Part shown: positions 1 to 12,330 of the stretch, piece after piece
Layout: every line of letters starts with the position of its first letter
How positions within the stretch are numbered: the first letter of the stretch is position 1
Assembly (NCBI RefSeq): GCF_001194135.2
Contig: NC_068986.1
Coordinates: 23,987,674-24,043,879, forward strand
Direction: 5' to 3'
Origin: Octopus bimaculoides
Lineage: Eukaryota
Length of the DNA stretch: 56,206 nt
The notes under the pieces: generated by a model
What the model was told of the DNA's origin: nothing
Databases searched by the model: none
What the model saw: only the letters and a program-made list of their open reading frames with translations
Position numbers and translations under genes: made by a program

Positions 1-33
<33 letters not shown>
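1..33. repeat. (TA)n microsatellite
   Basis: Pure TA run at the window start. Confidence 0.98.
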
Positions 34-38
<5 letters not shown>

Positions 39-624
39 GACTCACACACATATACGGATATTGAGAGACGGATAGGTAGAGGAATAACGATAAATGCTTA
101 CACTTATTGCTATATATATTTACACATATGAATGCTTACGTTCGTCTGTGTCTGTTTTATGAATATGGTAAATATATTAGATATATAATTACTTTCTCAG
201 TAGGAAATGTGTCACCGAACTGAGTGAGCTCTGGTTAAAATAATTGACACCATCACAGTCTGATAGCGTATCTGTAGCGTGTGCATGGTAATTCATGTGC
301 CAGCAGCGCTTTTCTTATCAAGCTATAACCAGTTGAACTAGCCATTAGAAATTAATAATCACTGATAAATTCGACTGTGAATCAGCAACATTTTACTACT
401 CAAGCTCTATTTTGATTTATATTCTAAAAGACAACTTATTTGATATGAGAGATATGTATTCAACGCAATCCGGTTGGGCTGCCGTTCACGTTACTCCTTT
501 TTGGAATTATATCCAATACTGCAGTATCTCTTAGCCCTTAGAAGCCATCAGTATAATTATCATATTCATACAAGAATTTCAGACGTAGATTTTAGTGATG
601 TTAAGTTATCTTTCAAGGGATCTA

Positions 625-2190
625 TAATGTAGGAGTGTCTTTATGCTGTAGGCATTCATCCAGTTGAGCAGCGATCCTTTCATGCAAATGTGTAAAGTTA
701 TTTAGCCAGTAGCTTTGTATTTCATCCAAGCCAGGTCCTTTCTAAGTTGCTATTTTTTAAAACTTAGTCTCACTGCATACATATCGATTCTGACGTCATT
801 TTGTCTTGGCAAAACTGCAAGTTGTCTTTCCACCTGTGCTACCCACTCTGCACTTTCTTTATGTTTCACCGGCCTGTTCGAGAATTTCCCCCAAAATATT
901 TTACTTTCTTCTGCATCAGGAACCGGTTCCCGATGCTGGTCCTCCACTATTTCCTCAAAAAGACGTCTTCTGTTTGATTCGGCCAATCTATTATGTTTAA
1001 AGCCTTTGCATCTAGCATCAAGTCTCTTCAGTTTGACCATTTAACGCTGTCATCCTTTGTGACAATCTTTCATGTACTTTTTGTTTTCCCTTTTCTTCTA
1101 ACCTGTACTGTCCATTCACTTTTCTGATTACTACCTCATTCTTGAGATCTCCTGTCACTAATCTAATCTATTGTTCCAGTTCTTTGCGTTCCATCTAGTA
1201 GCAGCTATGATTAACTGATTTGTTTCACTAATTTTTTCTGTTCTAATGAAACTCAAAACGTCATTTACTTCTGGCTGTGTCTCTCCTTACTTTCACTCTA
1301 GAAATGGTGTCCCGATAGAGGGTTGCCAAACAAAGCTAAAAGGACACCATCTTTCTATGACTTAACCCTGCCAGACACCAAACTGCTATTTCAAGGTCTC
1401 GAGGTGATTTTACAGATACTACAGCCTGCTCAACGGTGACCTGAATGAAGTTATGGTCAAGGGTAACATTATTCATCCCGCGTCCTGACGCCACAACCAG
1501 ATGATGTTTCATGCCATACCCAGGGCACATCATTATCACTTTTAATATTTGCTTGTATTGCTACTGTCAGTGATAGTTGTAGCATTGTCGTAAGCTGTAC
1601 TGTTCCTTTTGACGTTATTACCTTCTTATTATTACCTCCGCCTTAGCGAAGAGGGAGGTAATGTTTTCAGTCGTATTTATTTCTTTGTTTGTCCATGGAC
1701 AAGATATCTGAAGAACCCCTGGATTGATTCGTATGAAACTTCCAGAGATGTTTGGCCTTGTACCTGGCACGAACTGATAAGATTTTGGAATCGATGTGAT
1801 ACCGGACAAGGATTCTGGATTATATTTCCTGTTTCTTTACTTAATCTTTGAGAGCAGTCAGGGTTCATTTTTAGTATTCTCGTTGGTGAGAGCAGTCGAG
1901 TTTATTACAGATATTCTCATTTTAAAAATCATCTCCGGTTAATCGTTGAGAGGACGTTGGTGCTGCCTTGGCAGAGGTTAGCGCTCTCTGAGTGCTCTTG
2001 TTTTCAATGTTCTGGCTATTTTTGCTATTTTCTGTAGTCACGGTGGCCTTGTTTTTGTTGTTTTTGTTTTTCCTTCTGTGATCATTTTTGCTGCTGTCGT
2101 GGTTGTTTATGACCTTGTAGTGACTGCGCTGTGAGTAAGCCAGTATCGTTTTGATTTAAAGTACATTCTATGACCTTAGAAAATAGAATG
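625..2190 (-). mobile_element. R4/Dong-type (restriction-like endonuclease) non-LTR retrotransposon, decayed 5' half of the ORF up to the start of RT
   Basis: ORF 750-1040(-) reads HNRLAESNRRRLFEEI...VPDAEESKIFWGKFSNRPVKHKESAEW. It continues by frameshift as KGPGLDEIQSYWLNNFTHLHERIAAQLDECL (about 640-745), matching the pre-RT KAPGPDG..WxKxxTxLHERIAxQL segment of R4/Dong-like LINEs. Many stops and frameshifts; upper boundary approximate. Confidence 0.8.
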
Positions 2191-2464
2191 GTAGTGTTCA
2201 GCCTGCTCGTTTTGCTACTCTATCTATATGGGGGAGTCATTCTGTTTGGTGAGAGGGTAGTGTGATTCGGTTTTTAGTTTGCTATGTCAGGAACGTAGGA
2301 TGCTAGTTTGGCGGACTAGTATATGTGTACAGGCACGTTATTCAAATAGGCTTAGGAGTCGATTGATTCGTTCAAAGCTGTTGTTTGCTTGGACAAATGG
2401 AAGCTGCTGGTGGCGAATAGGTGGAGAGTGGGTGTTGTCCTACGTACGGATGAGAGAGGACATT

Positions 2465-2829
<365 letters not shown>

Positions 2830-2953
2830 CTGACTTGTGTACTTACAGAGGGGTTGAGAGAAAACCGGAGAGATGGCGAGAGAGATATAGTGAGAGATTG
2901 AGAGACAGCGAGCGGGTACTTTGGGACCTCATGGTGTGTTGTTAAGCTAGGAG

Positions 2954-3162
2954 AGAAGTTTGAGGCAAATGTTTTCTGACGAGACATGAATTAAATTCGA
3001 ATTCAAATTTAAGTTCAAGAAACAGAAAAACTACGTTGGGGACATGTTATGTATGAATGTTTAGTAATGTTTGGTTTGAAATAGTAAATCTTCTTACGAT
3101 CTTTCTCCTCTGGACAAAATTTACTGGGCTGAAGCGAAAGTACAAACGAATACAACAAAATT
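2954..3162 (+). repeat. About 200-bp diverged direct repeat, copy 2
   Basis: Aligns to 2465-2668. CTGACGA at 2976-2982, GAAAC at 3019-3023; followed by (GTA)n. Confidence 0.65.
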
Positions 3163-3163
3163 G

Positions 3164-3239
<76 letters not shown>
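3164..3239. repeat. (GTA)n microsatellite, equal to a (TAC)n tail of the adjacent minus-strand LINE
   Basis: Pure trinucleotide run abutting the LINE 3' end. Confidence 0.95.
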
Positions 3240-4370
3240 GATGAATATAGGATGGTACTTTTCCGCATGTATAAAATGCGTGTCTCCGTTCCAGTATGTT
3301 ACAGTCTGTTAGGTAACAGGTAACAGTTTTGGTATTGTGAAAAATATATCAATTACAAGATTAAACTGTTACTATAGTATTCCACTCTCTCTTCAACTTT
3401 CTGGATAGGTCCGGTATTTCTCAATTTTTGCACTATCTTTTGTATTAACTTTGGTATCATAAGGAATTGCAGAGTCTACACTGTTTGTTTATTTTGTCAT
3501 TTCCAACCATTTCTCCGTGTCCATACCACTATTCTGTAATTTCGAAACCTTGCCTGTTCTTCAGTTAGCTAACTGCATTCACTCCAGAGTTGATTGATGC
3601 TTTTGTCGCCTTTCCCGCTGATTCTACATTTACTGCTGTCTCACTGAGTTTTGTTGATCTTTTGTCTTTGTTAGCTTTTTCCTAATGGCTTGTTCCTGGG
3701 CGGCGACAATTAACGCTTCTGTCTCGTTTCGGGTCCTTTGCTTTCAACGTCCTCGATTTTCTACATCAATTGCCCAGGTAATTCCATTTCTGTCAATCTG
3801 CTTCTTCTGTTGTTTTTTTTCCTTTCACAGTACTAATCGTGTCCTCTGTGATTAGTAATCCTCAGCTTCCTTCTTTTCGTGGCTGGTATATTCTGTCGGT
3901 ATTACTCTTAAGGTGGTGTGCGTTGAGCATTGTGAGCAGCTACCTGGTTCCTTTAATCAAGTTCTGTAGCTCGCTTTGTCCCTAGAAAGGACAAACCATA
4001 GCTAAAGAAAGAGGCAGGTGTCTTAATTGTGGCATAGCCCATGTATTTATTTCTTTAATGATATTCCTACCATTTAATTTTGTTTCGAGCACATTTCTAA
4101 CTCCTTTTCTACTATTCAGCGATTTCCTCTATCAGTTCTCTTTCCATTATCTCTTCGTATAACAGTACCCCCAAAGTATTTCTATCCGTCATTGTTCCAC
4201 AGCGACCAAATGATATTCTGTGGTAAATTTATGCAATCAGATTTTATCTTCAGGCCCCTCTTCATAATTAGAACTGGACACTTATTTACCTCAAACTTAT
4301 TTCAATATCCTTGCAGAATACTCTCAATATTTGGATATGAAAATCCAGTTTCTGCTTCATTTTTTTGTAA
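3240..4370 (-). mobile_element. R4/Dong-type non-LTR retrotransposon, decayed 3' half (late RT, CCHC knuckle relic, restriction-like endonuclease)
   Basis: Minus-strand translation gives NKCPVLIMKRG, KYFGVL, ETEALIVAAQEQAIR, SKCRISGKGDKSINQLWSECS (degenerate zinc knuckle) and VDSAIPYDTKVNTKDSAKIEKY (endonuclease region). An RKV-like end lies just before the (TAC)n run. Confidence 0.85.
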
Positions 4371-4560
4371 AGCAGCGAGCTGGCTGAATCGTTACCTCAC
4401 AAGACAAAATGCTTCGCTGCATTTCTTTCGCGTCTTAACGTCAAATACCACCGACGGCAGCTGTGCTTTTCAACCTGACGAGGTCGGTAAAATAACGAAC
4501 TAGTCAAGTCCTGGGTTCAGGGTTATTGACAAGTCTCCTCTCCTAAAATTTCAGACTTTA
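4371..4560 (+). mobile_element. tRNA-derived SINE, family B, degenerate
   Basis: Head gcagcgagctggctgaatcgtta and middle gcttttcaacctgacgaggtcggtaaaataa...ctggg resemble 47166-47360 and 51703-51921; ends in ttattatt. Confidence 0.7.
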
Positions 4561-4861
4561 GAACGAGTTATTATTATTTGATAATACTTAGGTGGCCCTA
4601 TCATCACAAAAGTGTGTTCGCAGAGTAGTGAAAAGACTCACAATTGTTAATGACATGCATTTGGAACTGTGGATGCAGTCATTTTGATTCCTTTGTATCG
4701 ATAATGGTATTTCTAAATGGCATACATTATCATTAAAATCTAATTTAAGGTCGTCATGTCAATATATTAATTATCCCTATACATAATTAATATAATAAAA
4801 GTTAATCAGCTCCCAACACATCTCTAGACGTTTCTTAAAGTTTTAATGATAGTTCCACACT

Positions 4862-4993
4862 CATATCTGTTGTGTTCCTTAAAGGTGCGAGATATTAATA
4901 AATGCTAATGGCATTTTTGAAGAATGGGCTTGAAAGATAAAGATAGATAAGAGAATTAGTAGAAAACTAAATTGACATTGGCTAATTAAAAAT
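4862..4993 (+). repeat. About 132-bp direct repeat, copy 1 (partner 10690-10821)
   Basis: catatctgttgtg...gcttgaaagataaag.tagataagagaattagtagaaaactaaa.tgacattggcta is shared with 10690-10821. Confidence 0.9.
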
Positions 4994-5566
4994 TATGTCA
5001 CGGATTAATGAAGACATTTAAATGATTACCAGCTAAAAGGTGAGAACGGAATAGCGGAATAATTCAACAGAAGAAATAATGGCAACAAATCTTAACTACT
5101 CAATTAAAAAACAGGCACGTTGCCATCTTAGTCTTAGATTGTTTAAGATATTCACGCTCGGAAAAGTAATTTTTGTTGCTATTTAATCTTGAAATTCACT
5201 CAAATTCACTTGCGCATTCTTAGTACCTAAAAAATATTTTCTTAAATTCTGAGATGATTTTTTTAATTCATACTCTTGTACATCATGCATAACATGTGAT
5301 TTAAGCGAAACTCGTCACATCTCGAGGATTTTCTAATGGTTAAAATAAACACGTATCAAGGCTCATTAATTTATTTCTACAAACAATAAACCATTTCATT
5401 TTGTTGTTTCTGTTTTATGTTCAATGATTGCTATAGATCGATTGTTACTGTAAATATTTGAGAACTGCTTTAATTCAATATACCTTCAGTGTTATTTTCT
5501 CTAGAATCTATTAGACACACGCTTTTTTGTATGTATATGACGCTGTATGCATATATGTATATATAT

Positions 5567-5601
<35 letters not shown>

Positions 5602-5633
5602 CATATACACACACAGACATATATATATATATA

Positions 5634-5644
5634 NNNNNNNNNNN
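5634..5644. other. Assembly gap inside (TA)n/(CA)n tract
   Basis: N run. Confidence 1.
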
Positions 5645-5811
5645 TACATATGTACATACATACACACACATATTACTTTACAGGAATTACAAAATGTATC
5701 TAAAGGGAAACTGAACTCGGAATTCCGATCAATGAAATGGAATGCTACAATATAATTATTTCAGCACTTTGCTGTTTCAAGCTATTACATAAAAGAAATA
5801 TTGATTCCTTA

Positions 5812-5950
5812 CATTGGCACAAGGCCACAGATTTAAAGGGCAGGGAGGAATCAATTGAAGAATTTTAGTATTCATGTCTGGTAATTACTTTATCGACCCA
5901 GAAGAATGACAATATCTTCACCGGAGTGATTTTATCGCAGAATGTAATAA
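5812..5950 (-). mobile_element. SINE family B fragment, degenerate
   Basis: ttggcacaaggcc...ctggtaattactttatcgaccc is the reverse complement of the family B core and tail. Confidence 0.55.
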
Positions 5951-6289
5951 ATGAGTTAGATTGCAATAGACTAAAGTATTCAGTGTGGCACTTTAGTGTT
6001 TCTATTAAAACTGCCTTTTATAATAATTAGGATAAATATTTAGATACCCTATATCTCTATAACTGGTACCAGTATATTCCGTTATGAAACTTATTTCAAT
6101 ATGAGAATAAGAATAATAGAATGAGAATACGTACACGTTAATAATAAAATTTCAGAAGAAATGAACGTTTTGCCTTGGTCTACGTTTCTGCCTAAACCTG
6201 TGTTCACATATTTTGGAGTACAGTAAATACAATTGTTCTAGATGGCGGGTATTCGTTGGATTCTTTTATTAATTGAAGGCAATGATTAA

Positions 6290-6600
6290 TCTTAGGTTTA
6301 TAGAAAAAGCAATATGAAATTCAAGGTTTTAACTCAACATCTGGAAGTATAACCTCTCACAACTTTGGGCAACTTGGGGAAACATCCAGTCAGGAACTGG
6401 AGGAGAATTCGAATTGCATTTATCCGCTACTTGATGGGAAAAAAACCCATCAGAAATATACATTCAATAAGAAGCAGGGCAATAGAGAGTTCGGCGATAC
6501 AGTCTACTGGGAAACAATTTTCACTGTCACACGCAGAGAAGCAATGATAATAACCAGGGGAAGTGCCCGGCAAAGCTGAAGCAATCTCTTCAATGACCAT
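6290..6600 (+). mobile_element. Possible CR1-type LINE 3' relic
   Basis: Weak frameshifted similarity to post-RT HLEYxxxLW...ELExIQ motifs. Confidence 0.3.
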
Positions 6601-7832
6601 CGATCTTCTAGAAATAACAACCTAACTTCCGCCAACACACAAACTTTAAAAATGTTAGCACATATGGGAATATATATTTGCTGAAATAGTGTTTAGATTA
6701 AGTATATGCTCATGGAAGAAACGGCTTGGAGAAAATTTGAAATAAAGTTCTGTTAAACCACGTGTGTGGAATTGTTTCTACTTTCTTTTTTAATATAATT
6801 GCAAAGATTGAAAGATGATCCTAAACCAACGAACCAGACATTCGTAGCAACCTAATAGTGAAAGGTTCTTCGTAAAGTTTAACCAGTTTGCAATAGATCA
6901 GACACCCAGCTAGAAAATAATAATGAATTAAAAATAGAGTAGACTAAATTATTCGAGAGAATCCCTATTTTAAATTCGAATGAACAACAATGATATAATA
7001 AATATGCCTTATCTAATTTTATCATAAAGCTTACGTTTCTTTACAATTGTCACCCTGATGTAAAGTATTTAAAACATTCGTTTCAAATGCCGGCCCTTAT
7101 ATCAGTATATAAATCGATTTCTGACTCGTATCTTGACGACAATTAATGATTAAAAGGACAGCTTTTTTTCTGTATAACGAGTGTAAATTTAATTATTTAA
7201 AATGATTTGGAATTCACTGCATTACGTTGGTTAGCTTACACTTAACTATATGTTTTTGAAGTAGAAGGTATTACTGTCAAATAGTTTCCATGTCATTATT
7301 TTTAGTTACCACATCAAGAGAAATGTCTTCACCAAAGCTTTTTAATCTAAGTATCATCTAATTTGTGGTAAGTACAAGTAAGATTTGCACTTTGAAGATT
7401 TCTTATAAAACATAAATCATTTCTCATTTACTAATATATTACAGTAGCGCAATTGACTATTACATATCTGGTTGCTATTTCAGCAAGTAGCCCATGAAGT
7501 GGTGACTCAAATTCTCATATATATCGCTATATTTATATATAATAAAACTGAAACGAGATCGTAATTGTCATTTTACATTTCAGACATTAAGCTCATTGTC
7601 ACTACAAGCTGCAAATTAATTCTTAAGTGTGATTTTTATGTTGTTTCTCACTGAGAAGGATTTTTATTGTTTCTCCTTGACGAGGATTAATCCTTACAAC
7701 CAATAATTTTCTACCTCATTATGAGTGTGAGTTCAACTGTTTATAGATTAGGCCATTCACTTTATCAAATACGTTTAACATTACTGAACAACATTGATCG
7801 AAGTTTGGACTAAAAATTAAGATATAAAATGC

Positions 7833-7940
7833 TGTTCAGTCCCACTGCGTAGCATCAAGGGCAAGTATCTTCTACTATAGCCTCGGACTGACCAAAGCCT
7901 TTTTAGTGGATTTGGTAGACGGACACTGAAAGAAGCCTGT

Positions 7941-7984
<44 letters not shown>

Positions 7985-8218
7985 CGTGTGTGTCTGTGTA
8001 TGTGTGTGCGTGAGTGTGTGCGCGTGTTTGTGTGTCTGTGTTTGTCCCCCCAACATTGCTTGACAACTGATGCTGGTGTGTTTACGTCCGGCAAAAGTGA
8101 CCGATAGAATAAGTGCTAGGCGTACAAAGAATTAGTACTGGGGCGATTTGCTCGACTAAAGGCGGTGCTCCAGCATGGCCGCAGTCATTTGACTGAAACA
8201 AGTAAATGAGTAAAAGAA
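7833..8218 (+). mobile_element. tRNA-derived SINE, family A, 5'-truncated, with internal (TA)n(TG)n
   Basis: gggcaagt.tcttctactatagcctcgg...gtggatttggtagacgga.actgaaagaagcc, then microsatellite, then tttgtcccccaacattgcttgacaac...ggcggtgctccagcatggccgcagtca...gagtaaaag. Near-identical blocks occur at 15631-16036 and 36840-37270. Confidence 0.92.
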
Positions 8219-8359
8219 AGAATAAAATAACCCCTCTCAATTTTTTTTCAGTAGTTGTATTAACATACACTTAGAATGATTGCTTCAAGAAAACTTCAGT
8301 TGGAACGAATTCTGCTGAAAGTATGTTTACGATATTAATTACAAAAATAGTCTTAGAAA

Positions 8360-8680
8360 CATAATGGCAGAATATCGCATTGGTTACAAGGCACGTTGTT
8401 CAATAACTTCCTACTGTTGGAAAAAGTATCAGACAAAAAGCGGTAAGTTTGGGGAATGTAACATTTCTTCGGACGAAATTATCTTTGGTCAAGCAGAGTT
8501 GTGATAAAAGGCGCTTAAACAAGCGGGAACATATTGCGATTTAAAGGGCTACGTTATCAAAAGCGTCATATTTTCAAATGCATGTTCCATTTGATGGATA
8601 ATTTTTGGTGTTTATAGTACGAGAGATTACATCGATGAGGTTGCTTCGCTTGTTCGTTTGTCAATGAGAAATAAACGGTG
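8360..8680 (+). mobile_element. Possible Merlin (IS1595/ISXO2-like) transposase relic
   Basis: One frame with stops reads KSGKFGECNISSDEIIFGQ (DE at 8472-8477) ... WIIFG (8595), resembling KIGGxGxxVEIDESxFG...WVFG. Confidence 0.35.
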
Positions 8681-10079
8681 TAACAACATTCGAATGTAGA
8701 AAAATGACATTTTATTGTCGTTAGAATATTACCGAGTGACTTTCACCAAACAAGGGCACAGCTTTTCAGTTTAGTTGTCAAAAATTTGCATTTTCTAAAG
8801 GAAATTAAAATCAATGAAATTGTGTGACCTTGAGATAATCAAATCAATCAAACAACAGTGGCTACAATAGTAAAACAAAAAAATCTCTATGTAATCGGAT
8901 TTTCTCGAACTATTAAGCTCATCGATTGGAGCAAAAGTTCTTTCAATATTTACACATCATACATGTCTCGAAATGTGATCGGAAGTGTTTCTTTTTTTTT
9001 ACTAGTTGTATATATAGTAGCAGGCGAGGTGCAAATGATAGCTCGTTATTTCAGCCCCTTTACCATTAAAGTATACGCATACAAATTTCAGGGAAATTAA
9101 TTCAACTGTATAATTTTCACTGATTTTGTTTTGCCTAGACAGAACAAAGGCGCTTTTCCTCCCTTAGCAACTTAATACAATCGATATTCCAACGGTATGG
9201 TATTTAGGTACTTATGTACCTACATATATATTTTTACGTACATATATATATCACTATACATGTATATATCAATAAACTTTTGTTTAGGTAAAAACCTCTC
9301 TCCCTACTTTGATACAATTTATTCTAAATTTGCCATTCGACCACTTTAACATTTCTCAATGAAACAATATTTCATGCTAATCAAAACGGTTGTCAGTCTC
9401 ACAGATGAACTAATAAAAAAGAACAAGTTATTCAGTCTCTTCTGCCATTACCATTAATTATCATATTTTTTGCTCAACATAATTTTATTTTTGCTCTTTA
9501 CGCTGCTTCTTTTCCTTGTGGTCTAACTCGGATATCGGATTTTTCTTCTTTTTGTGTTAATCTTCCGTAATTAATTGCTACCTGAACACACGAGTGGCAA
9601 TTGAATAACCGCAACTGCTCTTGTCAATTTATACACCTCTAGTTCAGAGTTTATTGTCTTTATATGATATTTTTTTACGATAATTAGCGTGACAAAACCT
9701 TTTATTATATGTTATATATCATTTTTATGTACACAGGCGCTCGAACATACATGCACACACATACATGCGTTCATATAAGAACTTAAATACAAAACTAGTA
9801 ACACAACTAATTAAAGGCATGGCTAGTAGTTAAGTGTGTGTTAACTATATACGATGCATAGAGCTAAGAACAATTCCATTTTCGTGTGCTTTTATTGCTA
9901 ATTATTTGTAATGTCTATGTTTCCATATTATGTTCTGCAAGAAGCGAAAAAGCCCAATATATTTGAATACTGTAAGACAATTAAGCAGTTAACATAACTG
10001 TGACCGCGTCTGTGTTTATATTTCCCGATGAAAACCGGTTTCGATCAGTTTTACAAACAGATCGTAAAAATAATTACTG

Positions 10080-10290
10080 GACTGAAAACATGGTGACGGT
10101 ATCACATCTGGACAAAGAAAGCATTGAAAGAACAACAGTATGTAGCTAAATTTAATGGGAATCTGGTCACGTGGATATAGAAGATTAGATTAATCCACGT
10201 CAGTTGGCCAGCATACACTACAAAACATCGACTTAAAGTATAGGAGCCTAGTATTATCGGGAAGGGATTGACCACTGTCTACTCAAAAAA
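10080..10290 (+). mobile_element. Possible RTE-type LINE 3' relic
   Basis: SGHVDIED*INPRQL resembles the post-RT WxGHVxRMxDxRxPKQ motif. Confidence 0.35.
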
Positions 10291-10450
10291 TATTTATCAG
10301 AGCAAGCTGCTCTTAGAAAGGGAAACATGGCATACGCCAGCAAAGCATTTGCCTGGAGCTAAATAGTTGGTTTCACAACCACGTCATTTCGATATCAATC
10401 ACGTTTCGCTGCGCCTTGTGTATATATGGTTTGCATTAGATTCCTATGAG

Positions 10451-10492
<42 letters not shown>

Positions 10493-10600
10493 NNNNNNNN
10501 NNNNNNNNNNNNNNNNNNNNNNNNNNNNNNNNNNNNNNNNNNNNNNNNNNNNNNNNNNNNNNNNNNNNNNNNNNNNNNNNNNNNNNNNNNNNNNNNNNNN
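10493..10600. other. Assembly gap after (TA)n
   Basis: N run. Confidence 1.
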
Positions 10601-10689
10601 TAGTATGTATGAATATACACACACACTCACTCACACAAACACACATACACACACGCACATATATATATATATATATACATATATACATA

Positions 10690-10821
10690 CATATCTGTTG
10701 TGCTCCTTAACGATGCAAAATATTAATAAACACTAATCGCAATTTTGAAGAATGCGCTTGAAAGATAAAGGTAGATAAGAGAATTAGTAGAAAACTAAAC
10801 TGACATTGGCTAGTTTAAAAT
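10690..10821 (+). repeat. About 132-bp direct repeat, copy 2 (partner 4862-4993)
   Basis: See copy 1. Confidence 0.9.
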
Positions 10822-10844
10822 ATATATATATATATATATACAGT

Positions 10845-10929
10845 ACAGTACTGTTTTTACTTCGCGAATTTTCACTTATCGCGGGATATTTTGGAGCGTA
10901 ACGCCCGTAATAATCGAAGGATTACTGTA
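10845..10929 (-). mobile_element. Solo terminus of a pogo/Tigger-type DNA transposon or MITE
   Basis: Reverse complement reads TA|CAGTAATCCCTTCGATTATTACGGGCGTTACGCTCCAAAATATCCCGCGATAAGTGAAAATTCGCGAAGTA, a CAGT-start TIR with TA target. Confidence 0.6.
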
Positions 10930-11319
10930 CGCTGTTTAATTTTTACCCCATTCCCTCTATTTTCTTTTCCTTTCCGTCATCTTTATATAAATCCACACAC
11001 AAACTGTAATCAGTGTTTGTAACGTGCCTATCCCAGAGCGCCCTTGAAGCAGACACCAGAATGCCAATAGATTTTTAACTCAGTAGAGGTTAATAATCTA
11101 CTGAGTCAATCCTCGCTACCATTACACATGTGACAGATTCTCATTGCAGTAGAACATAACTTCAACAACAGACAACACGATTTGATCTCACGATTGTGAA
11201 GTATCGATCTAGATATACAAATCTAAATAGACAATTATCTAGACAATTTCGATAATTTTCAGCACGTTCTATATGATAAATATTGGATTTCTTTCGGAAT
11301 GTTTGAGGTCAATTTATGT

Positions 11320-11510
11320 TGAGGAATGTCTACTCAGTGGATTGATGGAGGTACATGGCTGCAAGAAAGGATACATGAACAAAAAGTGTACACTTACTGA
11401 TCTAGAAACTTATTTCGCAACGATGTAGCTCCTGGTACGATCATACTTCATGACACTTTCGGAAATATTTCTTACTGTACACATGCCTTATGAATAGCAT
11501 TATCAAGTTG
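11320..11510 (+). mobile_element. Possible Merlin (IS1595/ISXO2-like) transposase relic
   Basis: One frame reads QWIDGG (11335) ... NDVAPGTIILHD (11419-11454), and YE*HYQVEH follows after a frameshift. This resembles QWVFGG...VxPGTxIxSD...YxHxxVNH. Confidence 0.4.
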
Positions 11511-12254
11511 AACATTTAAAGAAACTGATGCAATATATTCAATATATGAGAAGCCGCGCGTTTATTTTTCTATGAGTGCATAAGAGCAATATTCGGTCTT
11601 TATTGTGTTAAACTGCGTCACTTCATGCCAAAACGCGATTTATCCATACCATGAATAGATAACGATAAAATTATTACCTGCCGTAAATAAATAAGTATTG
11701 GGAAATACATGACCGACTTAGAATATGCTTCATGACAATGTTGAAACATGGACGCAAACCAAAGATTAAAACATGCTAAAAATGAAATATTCTCAGACAT
11801 AAAAAGCAAAATGTCTTTTCGGGGAGTTTGATATCAAAATAAGAAAGCGAAATATTGGTACACATTTCATTTATCTTTCAATAATTTTTCACATGCAACC
11901 ATGTGTCTATCAATCTTGGTGATTCTTTGTAAGATATTTTTGTATTTCTTGACTATTTATTCTTTATATAAGAAATTTTAAAATATTAGATGAAAGACAA
12001 ATAAATACTATATTTAGATTTATTTCATAAGTACATGTAATCAACTATTGCGTGTGACAGACATTTATATGAATATTGTTTATGGCTGACTGAATCTTAC
12101 ATCCATGCCTCTTCACTTTCTAAAGATTTATGAATATATATACATGTATACACCCAGAAATACAAACTCTCTCACACACACATACACGCCCACGCACACA
12201 TGCACACGCACGTTACATATAGATATAGATACATACACACACACACACACACAT

Positions 12255-12312
<58 letters not shown>

Positions 12313-12330
12313 TATGTGTGTGTGTGTATT

